Positions 22,966 to 33,891 of a stretch of 64,000 nt of DNA are shown here, piece by piece. Positions within the stretch are counted from its first letter, which is position 1; every line of letters starts with the position of its first letter. The position numbers were made by a program, and so were the translations under genes. This stretch comes from Dipteris shenzhenensis (lineage: Eukaryota). The stretch lies in the NCBI GenBank assembly GCA_047967505.1, contig CM106538.1; one strand, 5' to 3'. The notes below the pieces were generated by a model that worked only from the letters and a program-made list of their open reading frames with translations, ran no database searches and was not told where the DNA came from.

Positions 22966-23190
22966 ATATTTCCTCGGAATCTACCCATCCGACCCAATCA
23001 GCCCCTTCAAACTCCTAGATATATATCAATTCATGTCATGTTGAGCTGCAAGATCTTCTTTCAACAACGTATCGCTCTTCTCTTTGGCGCAGACCAGCTC
23101 GTTGAGATTATGGCCTCTGCTGATCCTTTCCTTCTCCCTATGCTTGATTACAACATCACTTGGGATGTTACCATCTTCATTCTCATCTGA
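22966..23190 (+). pseudogene. ORF-A copy in the 5' LTR of E (start codon ATA, otherwise open)
   Basis: IFPRNLPIRPNQP..QQRIALLFG..PFLLPMLDYNITWDVTIFILI*. Confidence 0.7.
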
Positions 23191-23340
23191 GGGAGGAAAG
23201 TATGGTATGGTATCTTGGCATAAAAGCTTCTTTCTAATGTCCCATTCTCAATGATAAATATCTTTGGCAGTCAATTTGAAAGCAGTAGGAAGTGAAGAGG
23301 TGCGTGAAGTTTATTACCCCCAACTTCATGTCACATCTTT

Positions 23341-23357
23341 TGGTGGAGACGCCGGGT
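23341..23357 (+). promoter_or_regulatory. PBS of E, probably tRNA-Ala
   Basis: TGGTGGAGACGCCGGGT, 5 nt after the LTR, is complementary to a ..TCTCCACCA 3' end typical of eukaryotic tRNA-Ala. Confidence 0.7.
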
Positions 23358-23458
23358 ACGTTTGGTATTGGATTCATCCCACCTTACTAAATAGTCTCGG
23401 GTGTGCTTGATTGCATGTTATGCCTAGAAGAGGCATGTGTTTTGATGAGGTAAAGAAG

Positions 23459-23599
23459 ATGCTTGGAAGAACTCCGTTAGAAGAGATTGCAACCCGTTTA
23501 AGAGAACTTGAAGATTGTGAAGGTGATGCTCAAGCTATTCGCACAGTCACCATGATCATATCCTTTATGTTTGCACTGTTGAATATGTTGGTGAATTGA
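23459..23599 (+). CDS. Accessory ORF-B of element E (46 aa)
   Basis: MLGRTPLEEIATRLRELEDCEGDAQAIRTVTMIISFMFALLNMLVN*; homolog at 13954-14118 (-). Confidence 0.75.
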   Translation: MLGRTPLEEIATRLRELEDCEGDAQAIRTVTMIISFMFALLNMLVN

Positions 23600-23943
23600 C
23601 AACACCGGCAGCAGGCACAATGATAGATTGGGGATTGTTCCATGCACTGGTAGCTTGGTGTGAAGAAGAGTTGAGTCTTTGGGTAGTTTTCGACTATAAT
23701 AGTGGAGTGGTGATTCTTAATGCTTTCAACTTCTTTTGCTATGCAAATGATGAAGAGTACAATATCTTGAAGCTTTTATGTGTACTTCCTATTGTGAGAA
23801 GGGTGATTCTAGAATGCATGTATACACAATGTTTTCATGGTGCTGGTTGGTGGTCACTTACTTTTGAAGATTTTGTTGAGGATCACATTGTGGAGGGTTT
23901 TCAACAAGTGGTTATGCATAATAAGTTGGTCTTGGTATACTAA
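23596..23943 (+). CDS. Accessory ORF-C of element E (107-115 aa, unknown function)
   Basis: Open frame between ORF-B and gag (first ATG at 23620), protein-like composition, weak similarity to ORF-0 of C. Confidence 0.55.
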   Translation: MTTPAAGTMIDWGLFHALVAWCEEELSLWVVFDYNSGVVILNAFNFFCYANDEEYNILKLLCVLPIVRRVILECMYTQCFHGAGWWSLTFEDFVEDHIVEGFQQVVMHNKLVLVY

Positions 23944-24017
23944 GGCTCTATGGGATCTTGTTCAAATCTTGTTTGGGATATTATTTGGATCTTGGTGTTT
24001 CCTTTTTGTGTTTCATC

Positions 24018-25454
24018 ATGGTGAAGATTCCAGTGTTTCGAGGGACCCAAGGGGAAGACCCGGAGTCTTATCTTCAGGATTTTGTTCGAGGATGCCGGCT
24101 TTCTGGATGGTCCATGAAGGATCGGGCAGAGATTTTGCCTGATTTTCTTGAAGGTGTAGCCTTGAGTTGGCATGAGACCTTGCCGGACTCTACCAAGGAG
24201 GACTGGAACCAAGTGGTGGCAGCAATGAAGCAGAGATTTGGGGCAGTGGAGTCGCCAAATGCTTTGATGTTGCAGTTGGACCGGTTCTATCAAGGAGAGG
24301 GTGAGTTGGTCTCTGCGTTGGCAATCCGATATGAAACTTTTTGGACAAAGTATGAAAGGGCAGCTTTGCGAGCTGTGGCATCTACATCATCGGCCCCTCA
24401 AAGTCTCTCAGGGATGCAGCACTTAAAGATGAGCAAATTTGTTATGGCTTTGGAGCCTCGTCTTCGCTCAAAAGTAATGAGTAAAGATCCAACAACATAC
24501 GTGGAGGCACTTCGCATTGCGACCAAGAAAGAAGCTTCTCTAAAGATCGAATCCTCTTTTGTGTCTTCAACAGCTTCAAATTCTAAGGTGGAGGTAATGG
24601 GCACTCCTCAAGTACCAAAGTCCTCTGAGTTAGATCATAATATCTCCCAATTGATGGCAGAGTTTGCTGATTTGAAATTGCATTTGGTTAATGCACGACA
24701 ACCTAGAGCACCAAAGAGTGAAGATAGGCCTCGAGATAGGAGTGGGGTCACTTGCTATGAATGTAATGAAAAAGATCACTATCACCCCGAGTGTCCTAAA
24801 TTGAGAAAGAAAGAAGAAAAACAAGTATCCTTGTTAGAAGCTTCTTCAGGGGATGAGGAAAGAGAGGTAATGATGGCTAAACGGGGGCGTGGTAAAGCAA
24901 AAGAAGAAGAAGAAAGCAAGGAAGAAGTAGATGAGGAACATCAAGAAGAGGAACACCATAGTAAGAAAAAGAAGGCATCTAGAAGGAGAATTAGCCAGTC
25001 AGACTTTCCTTTAGGACAAGGAATTGGAAGCTATGACTTGTTGTCCGACCTTAAAGAAAAGGAAGCTCATATCACCTTTGGTCAATTACTTGCTTTGTCT
25101 CCAAAACTACGGAAGGAATGGGGAAAACTAGCAAGCACAAGAGTGTCAAAGAAGAAAAAGAAGAAAAGTGCCATTCCTATTGTTCAAAAGGTAGATATAG
25201 ATGTTGGTGATGATGTACCTGTGGTTGATGTGATCATTGATGGTCAAGTGATTTCTAATGTGTACATTGATGGAGGTGCATTGATTAATGTCATGAGTGA
25301 GAAGACCATGATAGATACTGATTTAAAATACTCTAGTACTACCTCTCCTTATCACATCAAATTGGCTAACAACACTAGGGTTAAGACCTTGGGAGTTGTG
25401 AAGAATCTAGAAGTGGATGTATGTGGAATTTCTATGCCGACTACTTTTCAGTGA
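24018..25454 (+). CDS. Element E gag-protease
   Basis: MVKIPVFRG..LPDFLEGVALSWHE; knuckle CYECNEKDHYHPEC; protease VYIDGGALINVM; frameshift near 25440. Confidence 0.92.
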   Translation: MVKIPVFRGTQGEDPESYLQDFVRGCRLSGWSMKDRAEILPDFLEGVALSWHETLPDSTKEDWNQVVAAMKQRFGAVESPNALMLQLDRFYQGEGELVSALAIRYETFWTKYERAALRAVASTSSAPQSLSGMQHLKMSKFVMALEPRLRSKVMSKDPTTYVEALRIATKKEASLKIESSFVSSTASNSKVEVMGTPQVPKSSELDHNISQLMAEFADLKLHLVNARQPRAPKSEDRPRDRSGVTCYECNEKDHYHPECPKLRKKEEKQVSLLEASSGDEEREVMMAKRGRGKAKEEEESKEEVDEEHQEEEHHSKKKKASRRRISQSDFPLGQGIGSYDLLSDLKEKEAHITFGQLLALSPKLRKEWGKLASTRVSKKKKKKSAIPIVQKVDIDVGDDVPVVDVIIDGQVISNVYIDGGALINVMSEKTMIDTDLKYSSTTSPYHIKLANNTRVKTLGVVKNLEVDVCGISMPTTFQ

Positions 25455-25899
25455 TCCCTACCAAGCCAGATGCACGTGCCTATCCATTGATTTTGGGAAG
25501 GCCTTGGCTACGCAAGGTGAAGGCTGTTCAAAAGTGGGATACTGGAGAATTGATTTGCAAGGAAATGATAAGAAGGTGCGCTACAACATCAGAAGCCGCA
25601 AAAAGGAAGTTGTCAAGGAGGAGTCTTCAACATCAAAGAGTTCAAGCTCTGACTTAACCAATGAAGAAGAAGAGACAGGGTGTAGCTTCGAGGAGTCCAA
25701 CTCAGAGGGTGAGGTGGAAGGAGTGGCCTTTGGTCTTTGTCTTGGTGCTGATCGGGATGAGTCAGGAAGGAACAAGGTGGTGGTGCAAGAAGATCCTATA
25801 GAGACACTTCATGTGGAGGATGTGGAGCACACTAAATGACGCCAATGCAATGAAGAGCTTCTTGGTGATTCTCTATCAGGTAGTGAGAAGCTCCAGTAC

Positions 25900-28800
25900 T
25901 TGGATATGCTAGATGATTTTCCATGTTTGTTTGCAACAAGCTATTCACAGGTTCGACCAGTCTCTCTTGTGGAGCACAAGATTGAGTTGAAGCCAGAAAG
26001 CAAGCCAGTTGTGCAACGCTTAAGGCGATTGGGGGTGATCCAAGCTGAGGCACTAAAGAAAGAGGTAACACAACCAGTTGAGGCGGGATTCATCTTTCCT
26101 GTTGATGATTCAGAATGGATATCTCCTGTAGTTGTCACACCAAAGAAAGGAAATAAGTGGCGAGTTTGTGTGGACTTTCGTCCTTTGAATGCATGCACTA
26201 AGAGGGATCATTTTCCTTTGCCATTCCAAGATGAAATACTAGACCAAGTAGTAGGGCATGAGATGTATTTTGTATGTGATGGGTATTCTGGGTACTTTCA
26301 AATTTGTATTCGGGAGGAAGATCAAAAGAAAACATCATTTGTCACACCTTGGGGAGTTTTTGCTTACAGAGTGATGCCTTTTGGGTTGACGAATGCACCA
26401 GCTACATTTCAAAGGTTCATGAGTCAAGTCCTGGAGCCTTACTTGGGAAAGTTCATAAGGGTGTTTTTGGATGATTTTTGCATTTATTCTCAGCACATAG
26501 ATCACATGGAGAAGTTAAAGATGGCCTTAGCTAGGATTGATGAAGCAAAAGGGTGTCTAAATCCTAGCAAGTGTCATTTGGCTCAAACAAAAGTAGTCTT
26601 GTTGGGGCATATTGTGTGTGAAGAAGGCCTGCAAATGGATCCTGACAAGGTTCAAGCAATCATGACATTGCCAAGTCCTGAGAGTGTCACTGGTGTTCGC
26701 AGAATTCTAGGAAAGAGCAAGTATTATCAACACTTTTGTGATGATTTCACAGAGATAGTGCATCCCATGAACTTGTTGACAAGAAAAGGAGTTTCTTTCC
26801 AATGGGGTGTGGAGCAACAAGAATCTTTCCAGCAACTTAAGGAGGCCATGAGTAAGGGCCCAATATTGAAGCCCCCTAATTGGTCTCAAGATTTTTATGT
26901 AAATCCAAGTGTATCTTTGCATTCAGTTGGTGCTGTATTGCTACAAAAAGGAGAGGTAGGTAGAATGCAACCCATCTATTATGCCAGCCAACAGCTTACA
27001 AATGTGGAAACAAGGTATGAAGAAATGGAGCAGCAAACTCTCTCTTTGGTGTTTTCCATCAGAAACTTTCGCTCCTATTTATTACCTCGACCATTTTTCT
27101 TCCTTACCTCTCAGTTTGTATTAGCATATCTAGTTCGCAAGCCTAATCCTGGGGGGAGATTTGCAAAATGGTTGTCAGAGCTTCAAGAGTTCTCTTTCTC
27201 TTTTGTCACGAAAAATACCACTAGGTCCACTATGGCAGATTTGTTCACAGGACGGGAGGATCTAGGAGAAGAAAAGAAATGTAAGGAGAACATTAAAGAT
27301 GAAAGGGATACACCACCAACAACTTTTGTTTTGTATTTTGATGGGGCTTTTAGTCCTTCATGCCAACAAGGAGCCGGGGGGATAGTCTTGATGAATCCTG
27401 AAGGTCAAGAGGTATGGGCAAGAGGACAAGAGCTTCCAGGTATCACTACTAACAATGCAGCTGAGTATAATGCTTTGATTCTTGGTTTGGAGGGTTGTGT
27501 TCAAAGTCAAGTTAAAGAATTGGAAGTAAGAGGAGATTCTCAGCTTATTATAAAGCAAATGCAAGGGCATTACAAGACAAGAAGTCCTCATTTGAAGGAG
27601 CTTAATCAAAAGGCTATGGCACTATGTAGTCAGTTTGATTTTTGCAAGTTTGTTCATATAAACAGAAAAGAAAATCAAAGGGCAGATGAGTTAGCTACTC
27701 AAGCCATTGTAGTACAAGACCGGGGGGTGGTTTCTTTGGTAGACACTGGATGGCCAGAACTACAAGATGTTCAGCAATATGTGGAAGAAGGCATGTTTCC
27801 TCGAGGGTTAACTCCACAACAGAAGCAGAGATTGGTAAGGAAGGCTTGTCCCTATACTATTATTGATGACATTCTTTATAAATTGGGAAAAGATAAGGTG
27901 CTCTGTCGAGTGGTCCATCCCATGGAGACTAGGAGAATCCTAGAAATGTGTCATGAATGCTCTGGTCATTTTACTTCAGCAAGCACAGCTATGAGAATTC
28001 TTAATGCAGGCTACTTTTGGCCACACCTCCATAAGGATGTATATGAATGGTGTCGAAGTTGTAAAGTATGCCAAAAGTTTGGAAGGCGACATTTGATTCC
28101 TGGGCCCTTGAAGCCTATTCTAGCATATGGACCATTTGAGAGGTGGGGGTTGGACTTTGTGGGACCACTCCCTCGCTCATCTCAAGGCAAGCATTATTTA
28201 TTGGTGGCCACAGATTATGCGACTCGATGGGCAGAGGCCAAGGCCACAGTCAATAGCAAGGCAAGCACAGTTGCAAAATTTCTCTTTGATCAAATTTATT
28301 CACGCTTTGGTTGTCCTTTGGAAATTCTCACTGATGGAGGAACCTCTTTTAGAAATGAACTAATTGAACATGTGGTGCATAAGCTAAAGATAAATCATAG
28401 CATGTCCATGCCATACTATCCCCAATGTAATGGCTTGGTTGAGAAAACAAATGGATTGTTGTGCAATTCAATGGGAAAGCTTGTTGACACTAAGAAAAGG
28501 CATTGGGATAGGCACTTGGCAGAAGTTTTATGGGCTTACAGAACCACACACAAGCTAGCTATTGGGTTTACAGCATTCCAACTAGTGTATGGAATAGAAG
28601 CCATTTTACCCATTGAATTGGAGATACATAGTCTTCGCACAGCTGTTGCAAGAATAAAAGGGCAAGAGGATGCCTATGCTCAACACTTGGTACAGCTAGA
28701 AGCCTTGGATGAATGCAGATTACAGGCCTTACAAAACTTGAAATCTTCTCAAAAAAGGCGCAAGGCCCATTTTGACACCAAATTATGCAAGAAGAAAGAT

Positions 28801-29007
28801 ATTGCAGAAGGAGATTTGGTAATGAGATTTGATAGCCGTCTGGACAAGCGGCTAGACAAAAAGTTTATCGGTCGATGGGAGGGACCATATCGAGTCAAAA
28901 AGAAGTTCACGAATGGAACCTATAAGCTTGAGGAGGTTGATGGCATGGTGATACCCGGACGCACCAATGAGTATCGCCTTAAATTCTTCTATGCTCGACT
29001 ACCTTGA
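25900..29007 (+). CDS. Element E pol: RT - degenerate RH - aRH - integrase
   Basis: RT (MPFGLTNAPATFQR, FLDDF), RH (FYVNPS..VGAVLLQ), aRH (LYFDGA..TNNAAEY..GDSQLIIKQ..HINRKENQRADELA), INT (WGLDFVGP, TDGG, NGLVEKTN). Confidence 0.95.
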   Translation: MDMLDDFPCLFATSYSQVRPVSLVEHKIELKPESKPVVQRLRRLGVIQAEALKKEVTQPVEAGFIFPVDDSEWISPVVVTPKKGNKWRVCVDFRPLNACTKRDHFPLPFQDEILDQVVGHEMYFVCDGYSGYFQICIREEDQKKTSFVTPWGVFAYRVMPFGLTNAPATFQRFMSQVLEPYLGKFIRVFLDDFCIYSQHIDHMEKLKMALARIDEAKGCLNPSKCHLAQTKVVLLGHIVCEEGLQMDPDKVQAIMTLPSPESVTGVRRILGKSKYYQHFCDDFTEIVHPMNLLTRKGVSFQWGVEQQESFQQLKEAMSKGPILKPPNWSQDFYVNPSVSLHSVGAVLLQKGEVGRMQPIYYASQQLTNVETRYEEMEQQTLSLVFSIRNFRSYLLPRPFFFLTSQFVLAYLVRKPNPGGRFAKWLSELQEFSFSFVTKNTTRSTMADLFTGREDLGEEKKCKENIKDERDTPPTTFVLYFDGAFSPSCQQGAGGIVLMNPEGQEVWARGQELPGITTNNAAEYNALILGLEGCVQSQVKELEVRGDSQLIIKQMQGHYKTRSPHLKELNQKAMALCSQFDFCKFVHINRKENQRADELATQAIVVQDRGVVSLVDTGWPELQDVQQYVEEGMFPRGLTPQQKQRLVRKACPYTIIDDILYKLGKDKVLCRVVHPMETRRILEMCHECSGHFTSASTAMRILNAGYFWPHLHKDVYEWCRSCKVCQKFGRRHLIPGPLKPILAYGPFERWGLDFVGPLPRSSQGKHYLLVATDYATRWAEAKATVNSKASTVAKFLFDQIYSRFGCPLEILTDGGTSFRNELIEHVVHKLKINHSMSMPYYPQCNGLVEKTNGLLCNSMGKLVDTKKRHWDRHLAEVLWAYRTTHKLAIGFTAFQLVYGIEAILPIELEIHSLRTAVARIKGQEDAYAQHLVQLEALDECRLQALQNLKSSQKRRKAHFDTKLCKKKDIAEGDLVMRFDSRLDKRLDKKFIGRWEGPYRVKKKFTNGTYKLEEVDGMVIPGRTNEYRLKFFYARLP

Positions 29008-29058
29008 CGGCCAACAGATCGGCTCTGTACTAGAGAGGATCTGCTGGGGGGGGAAAGA

Positions 29059-31127
29059 TGTGATGCCAAAAATTGATATTTTTAATTTGGCATTGGTATT
29101 GTTTTTCTCTATGTTTGATAAGAGTTTGAGTATCAAGTGATAGCCTAGCGGCTCTCACTTATTTCTATTTTCTATGATATTGTATGGGATGGAGAGGATG
29201 AGTGGAATGGCTCATTGTAAATACCATAGGTATGAATTATAAATACCTTGGTATGGGGTGAGAGTTATTTGTGTATGGGATTTTATGGAGTTTTTTAGAA
29301 AATAGGAAGAGTGAGTCATATAAAGAGGTGGGCTCATGTCCATGTGTTCCAATAATATAAGAGAGGCCACATGCCAAGCATGTGGAAGGCATGTGGAGGA
29401 GTGTGAAGTCAAGAGGAATCCTTCTAGAACTCCTATGTGGAATAAGGAGGATGTGGACATGTGGAAAAGAGAGGGTCCCTATGGGCTCCATGTGAGGAGA
29501 CTCTTGACTTTCTCAATATTTTAGGAGTCTTGAGCATCTTGTGATGGGACACATGGCAAGAGTAGCCAAAAAGGACATGGATGGTGACATACGTGCTTAT
29601 GTGATTGATGGGGAAAGGAATCTACAGGCAGCAATTGTAAATGGTAAAGGAGGGTGACAAAATCTCTATAAAAGGAGCCCTCCTCTCCCTTGTTCATCAA
29701 TCTCTTCCACCATTAGGCCTCATGTTGCTATAGCTCTAGTCTCCCCAAGCCTCTTCCATGAGCCTTCTCTCCCTCTTGTAGATATTCTCTTATGTAGACT
29801 CTTGAGTCCATCTCTCTCTAGTTTATTCTCTCTCTATGAGTAGTCTTGGGGCTTCTGCTCCCTCTTGTATGTATGAAACCTCTTCTTCTCCCTTGTGTTT
29901 GTAGTGTTGGAGTGGATTCTCACTCTATTTGTAATGAAGGTCACTTCAGGTTCTCTCTCTCTTGAGTGTCTCTTCCCTTTTCTTTCTTTCAAAGCCTTAA
30001 AAGTTCTTTCTATTCGGCTGCTCACTGTGCACACATGGTCCATCTATTTCCTGAGCCACCATGCAAACTTCTTTCCCTCTTCTAGGCGAAATCTATGAGG
30101 GGTGGATCGTTGATGAAGGTGGAGTCTTGAGGGAGCATCCTGCTCAGGCGAAATTAGAATGGGTGGAGGGCAGTTTTCATGACAGTTTGACCCCCTGTTA
30201 GTATTTTGCTCATAACTTTCTGCTCGGTAGTCCGATTGTAATGAAATTTATATCAGCTCAAAGCTCTCTTTAAGGGCATGTTTGTATGTGATCAGATCTT
30301 GAATCAAATACTGCTGCAAAAAGTTATGATTCTCTGTATTTGACAGTCTGTTTTCATGATAGTTTTTACCCCCGTCTAGTAAACTGTCCATAACTTTTTG
30401 GCCGCTTCTCTGTTTCTTACGAAAAATATATCAACACGAAGCTCTCTTTAAGGGGCATGTCTTTAGGTACTTATATCTTGAATCAGATACTGCTGCAAAA
30501 TGTTATGAGTCTCTGTGTCTGACAGTCTGTTTTCATGATAGTTTTTACCCCCTTCTAGTAAACTGTCCATATCTCTTCAACCGTTTGTCTGTTTTCAATG
30601 AAACCTATATCAGCGCGAAGCCCATCTCAAGGCGCATCTCTTTGTGTGATTGAATCTCTGATATCATGTCTCTACTGAAAGTTATAGTCCTCAGTGTCTA
30701 ATGATAGTTTGTAGAGTGTTTTGAGCTAAGTATAAAGGTGTCTATGAAGGAGGTGCAATGTTTCCTCGGAATCTACCCATCCGACCCAATCAGCCCCTTC
30801 AAACTCCTCGATATATATCAGTTCATGTCATTTTGAGCTGCAAGATCTTCTTTCAACAACGTATCACTCTTCTCTTTGGCACAGACCGGCTCATTGAGAT
30901 TATGGCCTCTGCTGATCCTTTCCTTCTCCCTATGCTTGATTACAACATCACTTGGGATGTTACCATCTTCATTCTCATCTAAGGGAGGAAAGTATGGTAT
31001 GGTATCTTGGCATAAAAGCTTCTTTCTAATGTCCCATTCTCAATGATAAATATCTTTGGCAGTCAGTTCGAAAGCACTAGGAAGTGAAGAGGTGCGTGAA
31101 GTTTATTACCCCCAACTTCATGTCACA
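29059..31127 (+). repeat. 3' LTR of E
   Basis: Follows the PPT GGGGGGGGAAAG; direct repeat of 21269-23335. Confidence 0.96.
30758..30982 (+). CDS. Intact accessory ORF-A (74 aa) in the 3' LTR of E
   Basis: MFPRNLPIRPNQP..VILSCKIFFQQRITLLFG..PFLLPMLDYNITWDVTIFILI*; homolog in C at 14696-14920. Confidence 0.75.
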   Translation: MFPRNLPIRPNQPLQTPRYISVHVILSCKIFFQQRITLLFGTDRLIEIMASADPFLLPMLDYNITWDVTIFILI

Positions 31128-33781
31128 ATAGCCCTTCATCTTTTAGTTGTATTTCAACCTATTAGAAGTATAATAAATGAGAAGTATACCATTTAGAAGT
31201 ATACTAAATGAGAAATACTCTCTTCAAAGCGTGGAAATTGCAACCGAATCCTACATTCTTCATACTCACAAATAAAAAGCACAAGAAGTGGCTCCCTTTA
31301 ACCTCAATTCATGTTTTAACATTCATCAAATAGTTAACAGGGTCAGGTATTGCTCACTTCTTTGTTACATTGGTTTCAAAGCTTCAATATTTTTTCGAAG
31401 ATTGTGAGATTAGAGTTAGGGAGGGTTGAATGAGACAAGCAAGAAATGATTTACAATTTTTCTAGAACGCAATGAGACACTTGCCCCTCCAACTTGAATG
31501 AATAAGTGACAATGGGATGATGCAATCCTTGCTGTGTATGTAGGCATAACCGTCACAAACCCCATCACTTATGTATAACAAATGTCTCAAGAGAGAGATT
31601 ATTCAAGGACCACATGAGACTATGCCACCCGAGGCTATCCAAGAATTTAAAAAATAAGGTGATTATGCTACTTAGGAGCTTGGAAGCCAAATAATAATAC
31701 AATCATGAGTCTCATGAGGAACAAGAATAATGTCATTAAGTCTTCTTCTCTCACAAAACTTAATTTGTCTATGTCATGGCAATAAGATGGATCCTCTAAT
31801 TCTACTAACATGTCTTAAAGTTACTTTTTCATGGTCCCTATTATGGACAATGAGGATTGTACATAGAGCTAGTTAGTTAGCTATGTGAAAGTTCTTGAAA
31901 GGTAGAACAAGACTTTCTTTCATCCACCTTAATACTAGCTATTCAATGATATGTTTGTAGTTTTAGGATGAAGGATTATGACGCTCTCTATTACTACGAG
32001 CTCGCATGGAAGTTTGAGCTCATGATCAAGTGGCAATAAGGATGCCCATAGCAAGGAATACCAAGACTCCACAATTCTTGGAGACAAAACTCTTGTGTAG
32101 CCTCTAACAGTGACTCATGTATAGCCTCCAATAGTGACTCATGTGTCATGGGGATCTTGGAAGAATGCCAATGAAGTCCTTGACTCCAACCTACTCCTTA
32201 TGAGAGCAATGCAAGCACAAACGGTTCACAAGTGATGGCTCTCAAAGTTGTTGCAATTATGAATCACTATGAAGAGAAGGGAGAGGAGAAGGGAGAGACA
32301 ATGAGGGGGGAGAAGGAGAAGGGGGATACAAGGAGAATGAAGGAAATAAGACACAACCCAAGAAGAGCATAAGTTGCTTGACTATCAACATCTCTCAATG
32401 AAGGCAGAGTCAACCAAAGTAAGAGAAATCTTTAAATAACTAATAGAGACAAGGCATTTGGAATTCCAAGTGCAAGTACAAGGCAAATCCATTGCTATTG
32501 GATTAAGGTAGATCATTAGTTGTTGGTATTGCAACTACAATGAAAGGCAAGCATTTATATCACCCAACCTGCACCTATACAAAGGGTAGAAATGTAAATG
32601 GTGTAGAGATGAAGACGCTCTGATGTACCTAGCAACATGCATGCAAAGGACTAACTAGAGCACTTGATGATACTTCCAACGCAGTTGATGTTGTAGGGGG
32701 CCAACTAAAAATAGGCAAGCCGTTTCTTCTTGTTTATGATGAGAATAGTCCATGAAGCATAAGAGAAGCCATCCAATGAAGGAGAAGAATCATATATGTA
32801 GATTGCTTGGGGTTTTTTTCCACATCTATAGAGTAGGATCAGTAGACCAATATACAACTAACTCACTCATGACCAACTTGGAGCTTACTTGGGTCTTTTT
32901 TCAACATTGGTAGAGTAGGATCTTCCAATTTGATCGTGTTTGCCGTAGTATTGAAAAGCATATGAAGCCAAAAGTCACGATTGTGAGAGTTGTATTGTCG
33001 CCACATCCAAGATGATTTAAGTTCTTTTATAAAGATCTAAATTCCAATCAATTAACGTTCTACATTCTATATATTTGGCAAACTAAATTTGCATCATTCC
33101 CATGGATGGGTTGAAATATCCCTTTGCGTTTTGGACATCTTGATTTTGAGCTTTGGTTGCTCTCTTGCAAAGGTGCTTTAGACTCATTTTTTATTGTGAG
33201 TTGCAATTTATGGAGATTGGTTCATAGAGAGGAGGATATGATGGTTTTTCCCAAAGTGTCATCCCCATATTCTCTCATTATTGATGTCCTAGAGTTAAGA
33301 TCTATCGTCATACTTTATGCATTAGATACACAATTTTTTTTTCTTAGCTAATTCTACACCACTTTAGCCATCTTTAACCTTGGTCTTCCCAAGATTTCCA
33401 AGAACATAAGCTAATTTTAATTTTATCAAAGAAATAAAACAAAAGAAATAATAGGTGATTTGTGTGTGTGTGTGTGGATTAGATAAGAAGCCCAAAAGAA
33501 GGTCCAAGAATATATGCATAACAAAAAACATGATAAGATATTCCACGGGTAAAATCTTTTACAATACTTCAACCAACAATGCTCATCCCTCCAATAAGAA
33601 CAAGTTAGAACATGAAATTACCATTACTCTAGTTTCGAATACATGCTTCATAGCATAGCTAGACTTGTTATTGATGTCCAAAGCAATGTGCTAAGTATTA
33701 TTATCCAAGGAGACACACCATGGGTTAGAAGTATTAAGCCCATATACACTAAAAATAGATTATGTATACTACCAACAAAAA

Positions 33782-33891
33782 ATTGTCCATTTGTAATGGC
33801 ATTCCAGTAGATGTGCATAAGTATTTAAGAGCAGGCAATCTCTCTCAAATACTTATGCTCATCTAATGGAATGCCATTAGAAAAAGACAAT
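33782..33891. repeat. Inverted repeat / hairpin (~50-bp arms, ~10-nt loop)
   Basis: attgtccatttgtaatggcattccagtagatgtgcataagtatttaagag pairs with ctctcaaatacttatgctcatctaatggaatgccattagaaaaagacaat with a few mismatches. Confidence 0.88.

Larger units (their letters stand above)
21269..23335 (+). repeat. 5' LTR of E (~2.07 kb), TATA-like CTATAAAAGG at ~21877
   Basis: Direct repeat of 29059-31127. Confidence 0.96.
21269..31127 (+). mobile_element. Full-length Ty3/gypsy element E (aRH-containing, Tat-like domain order), 9.86 kb
   Basis: TG..CA LTRs at 21269-23335 and 29059-31127, ATAG on both flanks, PBS at 23341, PPT at 29046-29057, gag-PR-RT-RH-aRH-INT. Confidence 0.96.

Noticed and set aside
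23212-23410. Another accessory ORF spanning the LTR/PBS junction of E (..EEVREVYYPQLHVTSFGGDAGYVWYW..)
   Set aside because: Interrupted by TGA-TAA in both LTR copies and no homolog seen in C; it would need a family consensus.
31132-33400. Possible old retroelement remnants or a gene
   Set aside because: No sustained reading frame or diagnostic motif could be read by eye.
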